The position numbers were made by a program, and so were the translations under genes. From the NCBI GenBank assembly GCA_964016885.1, contig OZ024741.1, forward strand, positions 11,532,001-11,596,000: 64,000 nucleotides of DNA. Direction: 5' to 3'. Under the pieces are notes generated by a model. The model did no database searches and had not been told where the DNA came from. It saw nothing but the letters and a program-made list of their open reading frames with translations. Origin of the DNA: Eledone cirrhosa. Lineage: Eukaryota. Each line of letters opens with the position of its first letter. Within the stretch, counting starts at the first letter, position 1. Of the stretch, positions 1-17,000 are shown one piece after another.

Positions 1-3000
1 AGTTACATACACACATCTACTGAGTTGCATACATACACATCTACTGAGTTACATACACTCACATCTACTGAGTTACATACACACACATCTACTGAATCAC
101 ATACATACATCAACTAAATTACATACACACACATCTACTGAGTTACATACACACGCATCTACTGAGTTACATACACACTACTGCTGAGTTACATACACAC
201 ACATCTACTGAGTTACATACACACACATCTACTGTGTTACATACACACACATCTACTGAGTCACATACATACATCTACTGAATTACATACACGCACATCT
301 ACTGAGTTACATACACACACATCTACTGAGTTACATACACACACATCTCCTAAGTTATATACACACATCTACTGAGTTACATACACACACATCTACTGAG
401 TTACATAAAGAAATATCTACTGAGTTACATACACACATCTACTGAGTTACATACACGCACATCTACTGAGTTACATACACACATCTACTGAGTTACATAC
501 ACACACATCTACTGAGTTACATACATACATCTACTGAGTTACATACACACACATCTACTGAGTTACATACACACACATCTACTGAGTTACATATACACAC
601 ATCTACTGTGTTACATACACACACATCTACTGAGTTACATACACACATCTACTGAGTTATATACACTCACATCTACTGAGTTACATACACTCACATCTAC
701 TGAGTAACGTACACACATATCTACTGAGTTACATACACACATCTAGTGAGTTACATACACACATCTACTGAGTTACATACACACACATCTACTGAGTTAC
801 ATACACACACCTCTACTGAGTTACATACACACATCCACTGAGTTACATACACACACCTCTACTGAGTTACATACACACACCTCTACTGAGTTACATACAC
901 ACATCCACTGAGCTACATACACACACCTCTACTCAGTTACATACACACATCTACTGAGTTATATACACACATCAACTGAGTTACATACACATACATCTAC
1001 TGAATTACATACACATACATCTACTGAATTACATACATACACATCTACTGAGTTACATACACACGCATCTACTGAGTTACATACACACATCCAGTGAGTT
1101 ACATACACGCACATCTACTGAGTTACATACATACATCTACTGAGTTACGTACGCTCACATCTACTGAGTTACATTCACACACATCTACAGAGTTACATAT
1201 ACACACATCTACTGAGTTGCATACACACATCTACTGAGTTACATATACACACATCTACTGTGTTACATACACACACCTCTACTGAGTTACATACATACAC
1301 ATCTACTGAGTTACATACACACACATCTACTGAGTTACATACACACACATCTACTAAGTTACATACACACATCTACTGAGTTACATACACACATCTACTG
1401 AGTTACATACACACACATCTACTGAGTTACACACACATCTACTGAGTTACATATACACACATCTACTGAGTTGCATACACACATCTACTGAGTTACATAT
1501 ACACACATCTGCTGTGTTACATACACACACCTCTACTGAGTCACATACATACACCTACTGAGTTACATACACACATCAACTGAGTTACATACACATACAT
1601 CTACTGAATTACATACATACACATCTACTGAGTTACATACACACGCATCTACTGAGTTACATACACACAGCTGCTGAGTTACATACACACACATCTACTG
1701 AGTTACATACACACACATCTACTGAGTTACATACATACACATCTACTGAGTTACATACACACACATCTACTGAGTTACATACACACACATCTACTGAGTT
1801 GCATATACACACATCTACTGAGTTACATATACACACATCTACTGAGTTACATACACACAAATCTACTGAGTTACATACACACACATCAACTGAGATACAT
1901 ACACACATCTACAGAGTTACATACACACACATCTACTGACTTTCATATACTCACATCTACTGAGTTAAATACACACACATCTACTGAGTTACATACACAA
2001 ACACCTACCGAGTTACATACACACACATCTACTGTGTTACATACACACATCTACTGAGTCACATACATACATCTACTGAATTACATACACACACATCGAC
2101 TGAGTTACATACACACGCATCTACTGAGTTACATACACACATCTACTGAATTACATACACGCACTTTTACTGAGTTACATACACACACATCTACTGAGTT
2201 ACATACACACACATCTCCTAAGTTACATACACACATCTACTGAGTTACATACATACACATCTATTGAGTTACATACACACACATCTACTGAGTTACATAC
2301 ACACAAATCTACTGAATTACATACACAAACATCTACTGAGTTATATACACACACATCTACTACGTTACATTCACACATCTACTGAGTTACATACACACAT
2401 CTACTGAGTTACATACATACACATCTACTGAGTTACATACACACACATCTACTGAGTTACATACACACACATCTACTACGTTACATACACACATCTACTG
2501 AGTTACATACACACATCTACTGAGTTACACACACATCTACTGAGTTACATATACACACATCTACTGAGTTGCATACACACATCTACTGAGTTACATATAC
2601 ACACATCTGCTGTGTTACATACACACACCTCTACTGAGTCACATACATACACCTACTGAGTTACATACACACATCAACTGAGTTACATACACATACATCT
2701 ACTGAATTACATACATACACATCTACTGAGTTACATACACACGCATCTACTGAGTTACATACACACAGCTGCTGAGTTACATACACACACATCTACTGAG
2801 TTACATACACACACATCTACTGAGTTACATACATACACATCTACTGAGTTACATACACACATCTACTGAGTTACATACACACATATCTACTGAGTTACAT
2901 ATACACATATCTACCGAGTTACATACACATATCTACTGAGTTACATACACACACACAACTACTGAGTTCCATGCACACTACTCCTGAGTTACATACACTC

Positions 3001-4235
3001 ACATCTACTGAGTACATACACTCACATCTACTGAGTTACATACACACACATCTACTGAGTTACATACACATATCTACTGAGTTACATACACACACAACTA
3101 CTGAGTTACATGCACACATCTACTGAGTTACATACACACATATCTACTGAGTTACATACACACCTCTACTTAGTTACATACACACATCTACTGAGTTGCA
3201 TACATACACATCTACTGAGTTACATACACTCACATCTACTGAGTTACATACACACACATCTACTGAATCACATACATACATCAACTAAATTACATACACA
3301 CACATCTACTGAGTTACATACACACGCATCTACTGAGTTACATACACACTACTGCTGAGTTACATACACACACATCTACTGAGTTACATACACACACATC
3401 TACTGTGTTACATACACACACATCTACTGAGTCACATACATACATCTACTGAATTACATACACGCACATCTACTGAGTTACATACACATACATCTACTGA
3501 GTTACATACACACACATCTCCTAAGTTATATACACACATCTACTGAGTTACATACACACACATCTACTGAGTTACATACAGACATATCTACTGAGTTACA
3601 TACACACATCTACTGAGTTACATACACGCACATCTACTGAGTTACATACACACATCTACTGAGTTACATACACACACATCTACTGAGTTACATACATACA
3701 TCTACTGAGTTACATACACACACATCTACTGAGGTACATACACACACATCTACTGAGTTACATATACACACATCTACTGTGTTACATACACACACATCTA
3801 CTGAGTTACATACACACATCTACTGAGTTATATACACTCACATCTACTGAGTTACATACACTCACATCTACTGAGTAACGTACACACATATCTACTGAGT
3901 TACATACACACATCTAGTGAGTTACATACACACATCTACTGAGTTACATACACACACATCTACTGAGTTACATACACACACCTCTACTGAGTTACATCCA
4001 CACATCCACTGAGTTACATACACACAACTCTACTGAGTTACATACACACACCTCTACTGAGTTACATACACACATCCACTGAGCTACATACACACACCTC
4101 TACTCAGTTACATACACACATCTACTGAGTTATATACACACATCAACTGAGTTACATACACATACATCTACTGAATTACATACATACACATCTACTGAGT
4201 TACATACACACGCATCTACTGAGTTACATACACAC
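1..4235 (+). repeat. Near-identical block duplicated at ~8976-13210 (offset 8975 bp)
   Basis: Identical ORF translations at 1657/10632 and 3110/12085. Rare variants are shared at the same offset: TTCCATGC 2967/11942, GAGGTAC 3731/12706, GTTACATCCAC 3991/12966. The copies diverge near 4235/13210. Confidence 0.9.
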
Positions 4236-4299
4236 CTCTACTGAGTTACATACACACATCCACTGTGTTACATACACGCACATCTACTGAGTTACATAC

Positions 4300-7200
4300 A
4301 TACATCTACTGAGTTACGTACGCTCACATCTACTGAGTTACATACACACACATCTACAGAGTTACATATACACACATCTACTGAGTTGGATACACACATC
4401 TACTGAGTTACATATACACACATCTACTGTGTTACATACACACACCTCTACTGAGTTACATACATACACATCTATTGAGTTACATACACACACATCTACT
4501 GAGTTACATACACACACATCTACTAAGTTACATACACACATCTACTGAGTTACATACACACAAATCTACTGAGTTACATACACACACATCTAATGAGTTA
4601 CATACACGCACATCTACTGAGTTACATACATACATCTACTGAGTTACATACAGACACATCTACTGAGTTACATACACACCTCTACTGAGTTACATACACA
4701 CACCATCTACTGAGTTACATACACACACATCTTCTGAATTACATATACACACATCTACTGAGTTACATACACACACATCAACTGAGATACATACACACAT
4801 CTACAGAGTTACATACAGACACATCTACTGAGTTACATATACACATCTACTAAGCTACATACACACACATCTACTGAGTTACAGACACACGTCTACTGAG
4901 TTACATACACACATCTACTGAGTTACATACACACATCTACTGAGTTACATACACAAATCTACTGAGTTACATACACACATATCTACTGAGTTACATATAC
5001 ACATATCTACCGAGTTACATACACATATCTACTGAGTTACATACACACACACAACTACTGAGTTCCATGCACACTACTCCTGAGTTACATACACTCACAT
5101 CTACTGAGTACATACACTCACATCTACTGAGTTACATACACACACATCTACTGAGTTACATGCACACATCTACTGAGTTACATACACACATATCTACTGA
5201 GTTACATACACACCTCTACTTAGTTACATACACACATCTACTGAGTTGCATACATACACATCTACTGAGTTACATACACTCACATCTACTGAGTTACATA
5301 CACACACATCTACTGAATCACATACATACATCAACTAAATTACATACACACACATTTACTGAGTTACATACACACGCATCTACTGAGTTACATACACACT
5401 ACTGCTGAGTTACATACACACACATCTACTGAGTTACATACACACACATCTACTGTGTTACATACACACACATCTACTGAGTCACATACATACATCTACT
5501 GAATTACATACACGCACATCTACTGAGTTACATACACACACATCTACTGAGTTACATACACACACATCTCCTAAGTTATATACACACATCTACTGAGTTA
5601 CATACACACACATCTACTGAGTTACATACAGACATATCTACTGAGTTACATACACACATCTACTGAGTTACATACACGCACATCTACTGAGTTACATACA
5701 CACATCTACTGAGTTACATACACACACATCTACTGAGTTACATACATACATCTACTGAGTTACATACACGCACATCTACTGAGTTACATACAAACACATC
5801 TACTGAGTTACATATACACACATTTCTGTGTTACATACACACACATCTACTGAGTTACATACACTCACATCTACTGAGTTACATACACACATATCTACTG
5901 AGTTACATACACACATCTAATGAGCTACATACACACATATCTACTGAGTTACATACACACATCTAGTGAGTTACATACACACATCTACTGAGTTACGTAC
6001 GCTCACATCTACTGAGTTACATACACGCACATCTACAGAGTTACATATACACACATCTACTGAGTTGGATACACACATCTACTGAGTTACATATACACAC
6101 ATCTACTGTGTTACATACACACACCTCTACTGAGTTACGTACATACACATCTATTGAGTTACATACACACACATCTACTGAGTTACATACACACACATCT
6201 ACTAAGTTACATACACACATCTACTGAGTTACATACACACAAATCTACTGAGTTACATACACACACATCTAATGAGTTACATACACGCACATCTACTGAG
6301 TTACATACATACATCTACTGAGTTACATACAGACACATCTACTGAGTTACATACACACCTCTACTGAGTTACATACACACACCATCTACTGAGTTACATA
6401 CACACACATCTTCTGAATTACATATACACACATCTACTGAGTTACATACACACACATCAACTGAGATACATACACACATCTACAGAGTTACATACAGACA
6501 CATCTACTGAGTTACATATACACATCTACTAAGCTACATACACACACATCTACTGAGTTACAGACACACATCTACTGAGTTACATACACACATCTACTGA
6601 GTTACATACACACATCTACTGAGTTACATACACACATATCTACTGAGTTACATATACACATATCTACCGAGTTACATACACATATCTACTGAGTTACATA
6701 CACACACACAACTACTGAGTTCCATGCACACTACTCCTGAGTTACATACACTCACATCTACTGAGTACATACACTCACATCTACTGAGTTACATACACAC
6801 ACATCTACTGAGTTACATACACATATCTACTGAGTTACATACACACACAACTACTGAGTTACATGCACACATCTACTGAGTTACATACACACATATCTAC
6901 TGAGTTACATACACACCTCTACTTAGTTACATACACACATCTACTGAGTTGCATACATACACATCTACTGAGTTACATACACTCACATCTACTGAGTTAC
7001 ATACACACACATCTACTGAATCACATACATACATCAACTAAATTACATACACACACATCTACTGAGTTATATACACACACGCATCTACTGAGTTACATAC
7101 ACACTACTGCTGAGTTACATACACACACATCTACTGAGTTACATACACACACATCTACTGTGTTACATACACACACATCTACTGAGTCACATACATACAT

Positions 7201-7560
7201 CTACTGAATTACATACACGCACATCTACTGAGTTACATACACACACATCTACTGAGTTACATACACACACATCTCCTAAGTTATATACACACATCTACTG
7301 AGTTACATACACACACATCTACTGAGTTACATACAGACATATCTACTGAGTTACATACACACATCTACTGAGTTACATACACGCACATCTACTGAGTTAC
7401 ATACACACATCTACTGAGTTACATACACACACATCTACTGAGTTACATACATACATCTACTGAGTTACATACACACACATCTACTGAGTTACATACACAC
7501 ACATCTACTGAGTTACATATACACACATCTACTGTGTTACATACACACACATCTACTGAG
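4300..7560 (+). repeat. Local tandem higher-order duplication, period ~1.66-1.7 kb
   Basis: GCTCACATC at 4322 and 6001 (1679 apart), each followed by the GTTGGATAC and CTATTGAG variants. TTCCATGC at 5063 and 6720 (1657 apart). The offsets differ by whole monomers. Confidence 0.7.
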
Positions 7561-8975
7561 TTACATACACACATCTACTGAGTTATATACACTCACATCT
7601 ACTGAGTTACATACACTCACATCTACTGAGTAACGTACACACATATCTACTGAGTTACATACACACATCTAGTGAGTTACATACACACATCTACTGAGTT
7701 ACATACACACACATCTACTGAGTTACATACACACACCTCTACTGAGTTACATACACACATCCACTGAGTTACATACACACACCTCTACTGAGTTACATAC
7801 ACACACCTCTACTGAGTTACATACACACATCCACTGAGCTACATACACACACCTCTACTCAGTTACATACACACATCTACTGAGTTATATACACACATCA
7901 ACTGAGTTACATACACATACATCTACTGAATTACATACATACACATCTACTGAGTTACATACACACGCATCTACTGAGTTACATACACACATCCAGTGAG
8001 TTACATACACGCACATCTACTGAGTTACATACATACATCTATTGAGTTACGTACGCTCACATCTACTGAGTTACATTCACACACATCTACAGAGTTACAT
8101 ATACACACATCTACTGAGTTGCATACACACATCTACTGAATTACATATACACACATCTACTGTGTTACATACACACACCTCTACTGAGTTACATACATAC
8201 ACATCTACTGAGTTACATACACACACATCTACTGAGTTACATACACACACATCTACTACGTTACATACACACATCTACTGAGTTACATACACACATCTAC
8301 TGAGTTACATACACACACATCTACTGAGTTACACACACATCTACTGAGTTACATATACACACATCTACTGAGTTGCATACACACATCTACTGAGTTACAT
8401 ATACACACATCTGCTGTGTTACATACACACACCTCTACTGAGTCACATACATACACCTACTGAGTTACATACACACATCAACTGAGTTACATACACATAC
8501 ATCTACTGAATTACATACATACACATCTACTGAGTTACATACACACGCATCTACTGAGTTACATACACACAGCTGCTGAGTTACATACACACACATCTAC
8601 TGAGTTACATACACACACATCTACTGAGTTACATACATACACATCTACTGAGTTACATACACACATCTACTGAGTTACATACACACATATCTACTGAGTT
8701 ACATATACACATATCTACCGAGTTACATACACATATCTACTGAGTTACATACACACACACAACTACTGAGTTCCATGCACACTACTCCTGAGTTACATAC
8801 ACTCACATCTACTGAGTACATACACTCACATCTACTGAGTTACATACACACACATCTACTGAGTTACATACACATATCTACTGAGTTACATACACACACA
8901 ACTACTGAGTTACATGCACACATCTACTGAGTTACATACACACATATCTACTGAGTTACATACACACCTCTACTT

Positions 8976-11900
8976 AGTTACATACACACATCTACTGAGT
9001 TGCATACATACACATCTACTGAGTTACATACACTCACATCTACTGAGTTACATACACACACATCTACTGAATCACATACATACATCAACTAAATTACATA
9101 CACACACATCTACTGAGTTACATACACACGCATCTACTGAGTTACATACGCACTACTGCTGAGTTACATACACACACATCTACTGAGTTACATACACACA
9201 CATCTACTGTGTTACATACACACACATCTACTGAGTCACATACATACATCTACTGAATTACATACACGCACATCTACTGAGTTACATACACACACATCTA
9301 CTGAGTTACATACACACACATCTCCTAAGTTATATACACACATCTACTGAGTTACATACACACACATCTACTGAGTTACATACAGACATATCTACTGAGT
9401 TACATACACACATCTACTGAGTTACATACACGCACATCTACTGAGTTACATACACACATCTACTGAGTTACATACACACACATCTACTGAGTTACATACA
9501 TACATCTACTGAGTTACATACACACACATCTACTGAGTTACATACACACACATCTACTGAGTTACATATACACACATCTACTGTGTTACATACACACACA
9601 TCTACTGAGTTACATACACACATCTACTGAGTTATATACACTCACATCTACTGAGTTACATACACTCACATCTACTGAGTAACGTACACACATATCTACT
9701 GAGTTACATACACACATCTAGTGAGTTACATACACACATCTACTGAGTTACATACACACACATCTACTGAGTTACATACACACACCTCTACTGAGTTACA
9801 TACACACATCCACTGAGTTACATACACACACCTCTACTGAGTTACATACACACACCTCTACTGAGTTACATACACACATCCACTGAGCTACATACACACA
9901 CCTCTACTCAGTTACATACACACATCTACTGAGTTATATACACACATCAACTGAGTTACATACACATACATCTACTGAATTACATACACATACATCTACT
10001 GAATTACATACATACACATCTACTGAGTTACATACACACGCATCTACTGAGTTACATACACACATCCAGTGAGTTACATACACGCACATCTACTGAGTTA
10101 CATACATACATCTACTGAGTTACGTACGCTCACATCTACTGAGTTACATTCACACACATCTACAGAGTTACATATACACACATCTACTGAGTTGCATACA
10201 CACATCTACTGAGTTACATATACACACATCTACTGTGTTACAGACACACACCTCTACTGAGTTACATACATACACATCTACTGAGTTACATACACACACA
10301 TCTACTGAGTTACATACACACACATCTACTAAGTTACATACACACATCTACTGAGTTACATACACACATCTACTGAGTTACATACACACACATCTACTGA
10401 GTTACACACACATCTACTGAGTTACATATACACACATCTACTGAGTTGCATACACACATCTACTGAGTTACATATACACACATCTGCTGTGTTACATACA
10501 CACACCTCTACTGAGTCACATACATACACCTACTGAGTTACATACACACATCAACTGAGTTACATACACATACATCTACTGAATTACATACATACACATC
10601 TACTGAGTTACATACACACGCATCTACTGAGTTACATACACACAGCTGCTGAGTTACATACACACACATCTACTGAGTTACATACACACACATCTACTGA
10701 GTTACATACATACACATCTACTGAGTTACATACACACACATCTACTGAGTTACATACACACACATCTACTGAGTTGCATATACACACATCTACTGAGTTA
10801 CATATACACACATCTACTGAGTTACATACACACAAATCTACTGAGTTACATACACACACATCAACTGAGATACATACACACATCTACAGAGTTACATACA
10901 CACACATCTACTGACTTTCATATACTCACATCTACTGAGTTAAATACACACACATCTACTGAGTTACATACACAAACACCTACCGAGTTACATACACACA
11001 CATCTACTGTGTTACATACACACATCTACTGAGTCACATACATACATCTACTGAATTACATACACACACATCGACTGAGTTACATACACACGCATCTACT
11101 GAGTTACATACACACATCTACTGAATTACATACACGCACTTTTACTGAGTTACATACACACACATCTACTGAGTTACATACACACACATCTCCTAAGTTA
11201 CATACACACATCTACTGAGTTACATACATACACATCTATTGAGTTACATACACACACATCTACTGAGTTACATACACACAAATCTACTGAATTACATACA
11301 CAAACATCTACTGAGTTATATACACACACATCTACTACGTTACATTCACACATCTACTGAGTTACATACACACATCTACTGAGTTACATACATACACATC
11401 TACTGAGTTACATACACACACATCTACTGAGTTACATACACACACATCTACTACGTTACATACACACATCTACTGAGTTACATACACACATCTACTGAGT
11501 TACACACACATCTACTGAGTTACATATACACACATCTACTGAGTTGCATACACACATCTACTGAGTTACATATACACACATCTGCTGTGTTACATACACA
11601 CACCTCTACTGAGTCACATACATACACCTACTGAGTTACATACACACATCAACTGAGTTACATACACATACATCTACTGAATTACATACATACACATCTA
11701 CTGAGTTACATACACACGCATCTACTGAGTTACATACACACAGCTGCTGAGTTACATACACACACATCTACTGAGTTACATACACACACATCTACTGAGT
11801 TACATACATACACATCTACTGAGTTACATACACACATCTACTGAGTTACATACACACATATCTACTGAGTTACATATACACATATCTACCGAGTTACATA

Positions 11901-13210
11901 CACATATCTACTGAGTTACATACACACACACAACTACTGAGTTCCATGCACACTACTCCTGAGTTACATACACTCACATCTACTGAGTACATACACTCAC
12001 ATCTACTGAGTTACATACACACACATCTACTGAGTTACATACACATATCTACTGAGTTACATACACACACAACTACTGAGTTACATGCACACATCTACTG
12101 AGTTACATACACACATATCTACTGAGTTACATACACACCTCTACTTAGTTACATACACACATCTACTGAGTTGCATACATACACATCTACTGAGTTACAT
12201 ACACTCACATCTACTGAGTTACATACACACACATCTACTGAATCACATACATACATCAACTAAATTACATACACACACATCTACTGAGTTACATACACAC
12301 GCATCTACTGAGTTACATACACACTACTGCTGAGTTACATACACACACATCTACTGAGTTACATACACACACATCTACTGTGTTACATACACACACATCT
12401 ACTGAGTCACATACATACATCTACTGAATTACATACACGCACATCTACTGAGTTACATACACACACATCTACTGAGTTACATACACACACATCTCCTAAG
12501 TTATATACACACATCTACTGAGTTACATACACACACATCTACTGAGTTACATACAGACATATCTACTGAGTTACATACACACATCTACTGAGTTACATAC
12601 ACGCACATCTACTGAGTTACATACACACATCTACTGAGTTACATACACACACATCTACTGAGTTACATACATACATCTACTGAGTTACATACACACACAT
12701 CTACTGAGGTACATACACACACATCTACTGAGTTACACATACACACATCTACTGTGTTACATACACACACATCTACTGAGTTACATACACACATCTACTG
12801 AGTTATATACACTCACATCTACTGAGTTACATACACTCACATCTACTGAGTAACGTACACACATATCTACTGAGTTACATACACACATCTAGTGAGTTAC
12901 ATACACACATCTACTGAGTTACATACACACACATCTACTGAGTTACATACACACACCTCTACTGAGTTACATCCACACATCCACTGAGTTACATACACAC
13001 AACTCTACTGAGTTACATACACACACCTCTACTGAGTTACATACACACATCCACTGAGCTACATACACACACCTCTACTCAGTTACATACACACATCTAC
13101 TGAGTTATATACACACATCAACTGAGTTACATACACATACATCTACTGAATTACATACATACACATCTACTGAGTTACATACACACGCATCTACTGAGTT
13201 ACATACACAC
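8976..13210 (+). repeat. Second copy of the 1-4235 block
   Basis: Position 8976 starts AGTTACATACACACATCTACTGAGTTGCATACATACAC, identical to position 1, and carries the same ordered diagnostic variants at +8975. Confidence 0.9.
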
Positions 13211-13989
13211 ATTCAGTGAGTTACATACACGCACATCTACTGAGTTACATACATACATCTACTGAGTTACGTACGCTCACATCTACTGAGTTACATTCAC
13301 ACACATCTACAGAGTTACATATACACACATCTACTGAGGTGCATACACACATCTACTGAGTTACATATACACACATCTACTGTGTTACATACACACACCT
13401 CTACTGAGTTACATACATACACATCTACTGAGTTACATACACACACATCTACTGAGTTACATACACACACATCTACTAAGTTACATACACACATCTACTG
13501 AGTTACATACACACATCTACTGAGTTACATACACACACATCTACTGAGTTACACACACATCTACTGAGTTACATATACACACATCTGCTGTGTTACATAC
13601 ACACACCTCTACTGAGTCACATACATACACCTACTGAGTTACATACACACATCAACTGAGTTACATACACATACATCTACTGAGTTACATACATACACAT
13701 CTACTGAGTTACATACACACGCATCTACTGAGTTACATACACACAGCTGCTGAGTTACATACACACACATCTACTGAGTTACATACACACACATCTACTG
13801 AGTTACATACATACACATCTACTGAGTTACATACACACACATCTACTGAGTTACATACACACACATCTACTGAGTTGCATATACACACATCTACTGAGTT
13901 ACATATACACACATCTACTGAGTTACATACACACAAATCTACTGAGTTACATACACACACATCAACTGAGATACATACACACATCTACA

Positions 13990-16900
13990 GAGTTACATAC
14001 ACACACATCTACTGACTTTCATATACACACATCTACTGAGTTAAATACACACACATCTACTGAGTTACATACACAAACACCTACCGAGTTACATACACAC
14101 ACATCTACTGTGTTACATACACACATCTACTGAGTCAGATACATACATCTACTGTATTACATACACACACATCGACTGAGTTACATACACACGCATCTAC
14201 TGAGTTACATACACACATCTACTGAATTACATACACGCACATATACTGAGTTACATACACACACATCTACTGAGTTACATACACACACATCTCCTAAGTT
14301 ACATACACACATCTACTGAGTTACATACATACACATCTAATGAGTTACATACACACACATCTACTGAGTTACATACACACAAATCTACTGAGTTACATAC
14401 ACAAACATCTACTGAGTTATATACACACACATCTACTGAGTTACATACACACACATCTACTGAGTTACATATACACACATCTACTGAGTTACATACACAC
14501 ATCTACTGAGTTACATACACACACATCTACTGAGTTATATACACACATATCTACTGAGTTACATACACACACATCTATTGTGTTACATATACACACATCT
14601 ACTGTGTCAAATACATACACATCTACTGAGTTACATACACACATCTACTGAATTACGTACACACGCATCTACTGAGTTACATACACACATCTGCTGAGTT
14701 AGATACACACACATCTACTGAGTTACATACACACACATCCACTGAGTTACATACATACACATCTACTTAGTTACATACACACACATCTACTGAGTTAAAT
14801 ACACACACATCTACTGCGTTACATATACACACATCCACTGAGTTACATACACACACCTCTACTGAGTGACATACACACATCTACTGAGTTACATACACGC
14901 ACATCTACTGAGTTAGATACACACACATCTACTGAGTTACATACACACACATCCACTGAGTTACATACATACACATCTACTTAGTTACATACACACACAT
15001 CTACTTAGTTACATACACCGACATATACTGTGTTACATATACACACATCTACTGAGTTACATACACACAAATCTACTGAGTTACCTACACACACATCTAA
15101 TGAGTTACATACACGCACATCTTCTGAATTACATATACACACATCTACTGAGTTACATACACACACATCAACTGAGATACATACACACATCTACAGAGTT
15201 ACATACAGACACATCTACTGAGTTACATATACACATCTACTAAGCTACATATACACACATCTACTGAGTTACAGACACACATCTACTGAGTTACATACAC
15301 ACATCTACTGAGTTACATACACACACATCTACTGAGTTACATACATACATCTACTGAGTTACATACATACACATCTACTGAGTTATATAAACACACATCT
15401 ACTGAGTTACATACACACACATCTACTGACTTTCATATACACACATCTACTGAGTTAAATACACACACATCTACTGAGTTACATACACAAACACCTACCG
15501 AGTTACATACACACACATCTACTGTGTTACATACACACATCTACTGAGTCACATACATACATCTACTGAATTACATACACACACATCGACTGAGTTACAT
15601 ACACACGCATCTACTGAGTTACATACACACATCTACTGAATTACATACACGCACATTTACTGAGTTACATACACACACATCTACTGAGTTACATACACAC
15701 ACATCTCCTAAGTTACATACACACATCTACTGAGTTACATACATACACATCTATTGAGTTACATACACACACATCTACTGAGTTACATACACACAAATCT
15801 ACTGAGTTACATACACAAACATCTACTGAGTTATATACACACACATCTACTGAGTTACATACACACACATCTACTGAGTTACATATACACACATCTACTG
15901 AGTTACATACACACATCTACTGAGTTACATACATACACATCTACTGAGTTACGTACGCTCACATCTACTGAGTTACATACACTCACATCTACTGAGTTAC
16001 ATACACACATCTACTGAGTTACATACACTCACATCTACTGAATTACATACACACATCTACTGAGTTACATACACACACATCTACTGAGTTATATACACAC
16101 ATATCTACTGAGTTACATACACACACATCTATTGAGGTACATACACACACATCTACTGTGTCAAATACATACACATCTACTGAGTTACATACACACATCT
16201 ACTGAATTACGTACACACACATCTACTGAGTTACATACACACGCATCTACTGAGTTACATACACACATCTGCTGAGTTAGATACACACACATCTACTGAG
16301 TTACATACACACACATCCACTGAGTTACATACATACACATCTACTTAGTTACATACACACACATCTACTGAGTTAAATACACACACATCTAATGCGTTAC
16401 ATATACACACATCCACTGAGTTACATACACACACCTCTACTGAGTGACATACACACATCTACTGAGTTACATACACGCACAGCTACTGAGTTAGATACAC
16501 ACACATCTACTGAGTTACATACACACACATCCACTGAGTTACATACATACACATCTACTTAGTTACATACACACACATCTACTTAGTTACATACACCGAC
16601 ATCTACTGTGTTACATATACACACATCTACTGAGTTACATACACACAAATCTACTGAGTTACCTACACACACATCTAATGAGTTACATACACGCACATCT
16701 TCTGAATTACATATACACACATCTACTGAGTTACATACACACACATCAACTGAGATACATACACACATCTACAGAGTTACATACAGACACATCTACTGAG
16801 TTACATATACACATCTACTAAGCTACATATACACACATGTACTGAGTTACAGACACACATCTACTGAGTTACATACACACATCTACTGAGTTACATACAC

Positions 16901-17000
16901 ACACATCTACTGAGTTACATACATACATCTACTGAGTTACATACATACACATCTACAGAGTTATATAAACACACATCTACTGAGTTACATACAGACACAT
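13990..17000 (+). repeat. Local tandem higher-order duplication, period ~1.4-1.6 kb
   Basis: Matching ORF translations at 14299/15713 (1414) and 15005/16583 (1578). The variant series GACTTTC, ACCTACCG, ATCGAC, GTGTCAAAT, GTTAGAT, GAGTGAC, CACCGAC, TTACCTAC occurs twice. Confidence 0.7.
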
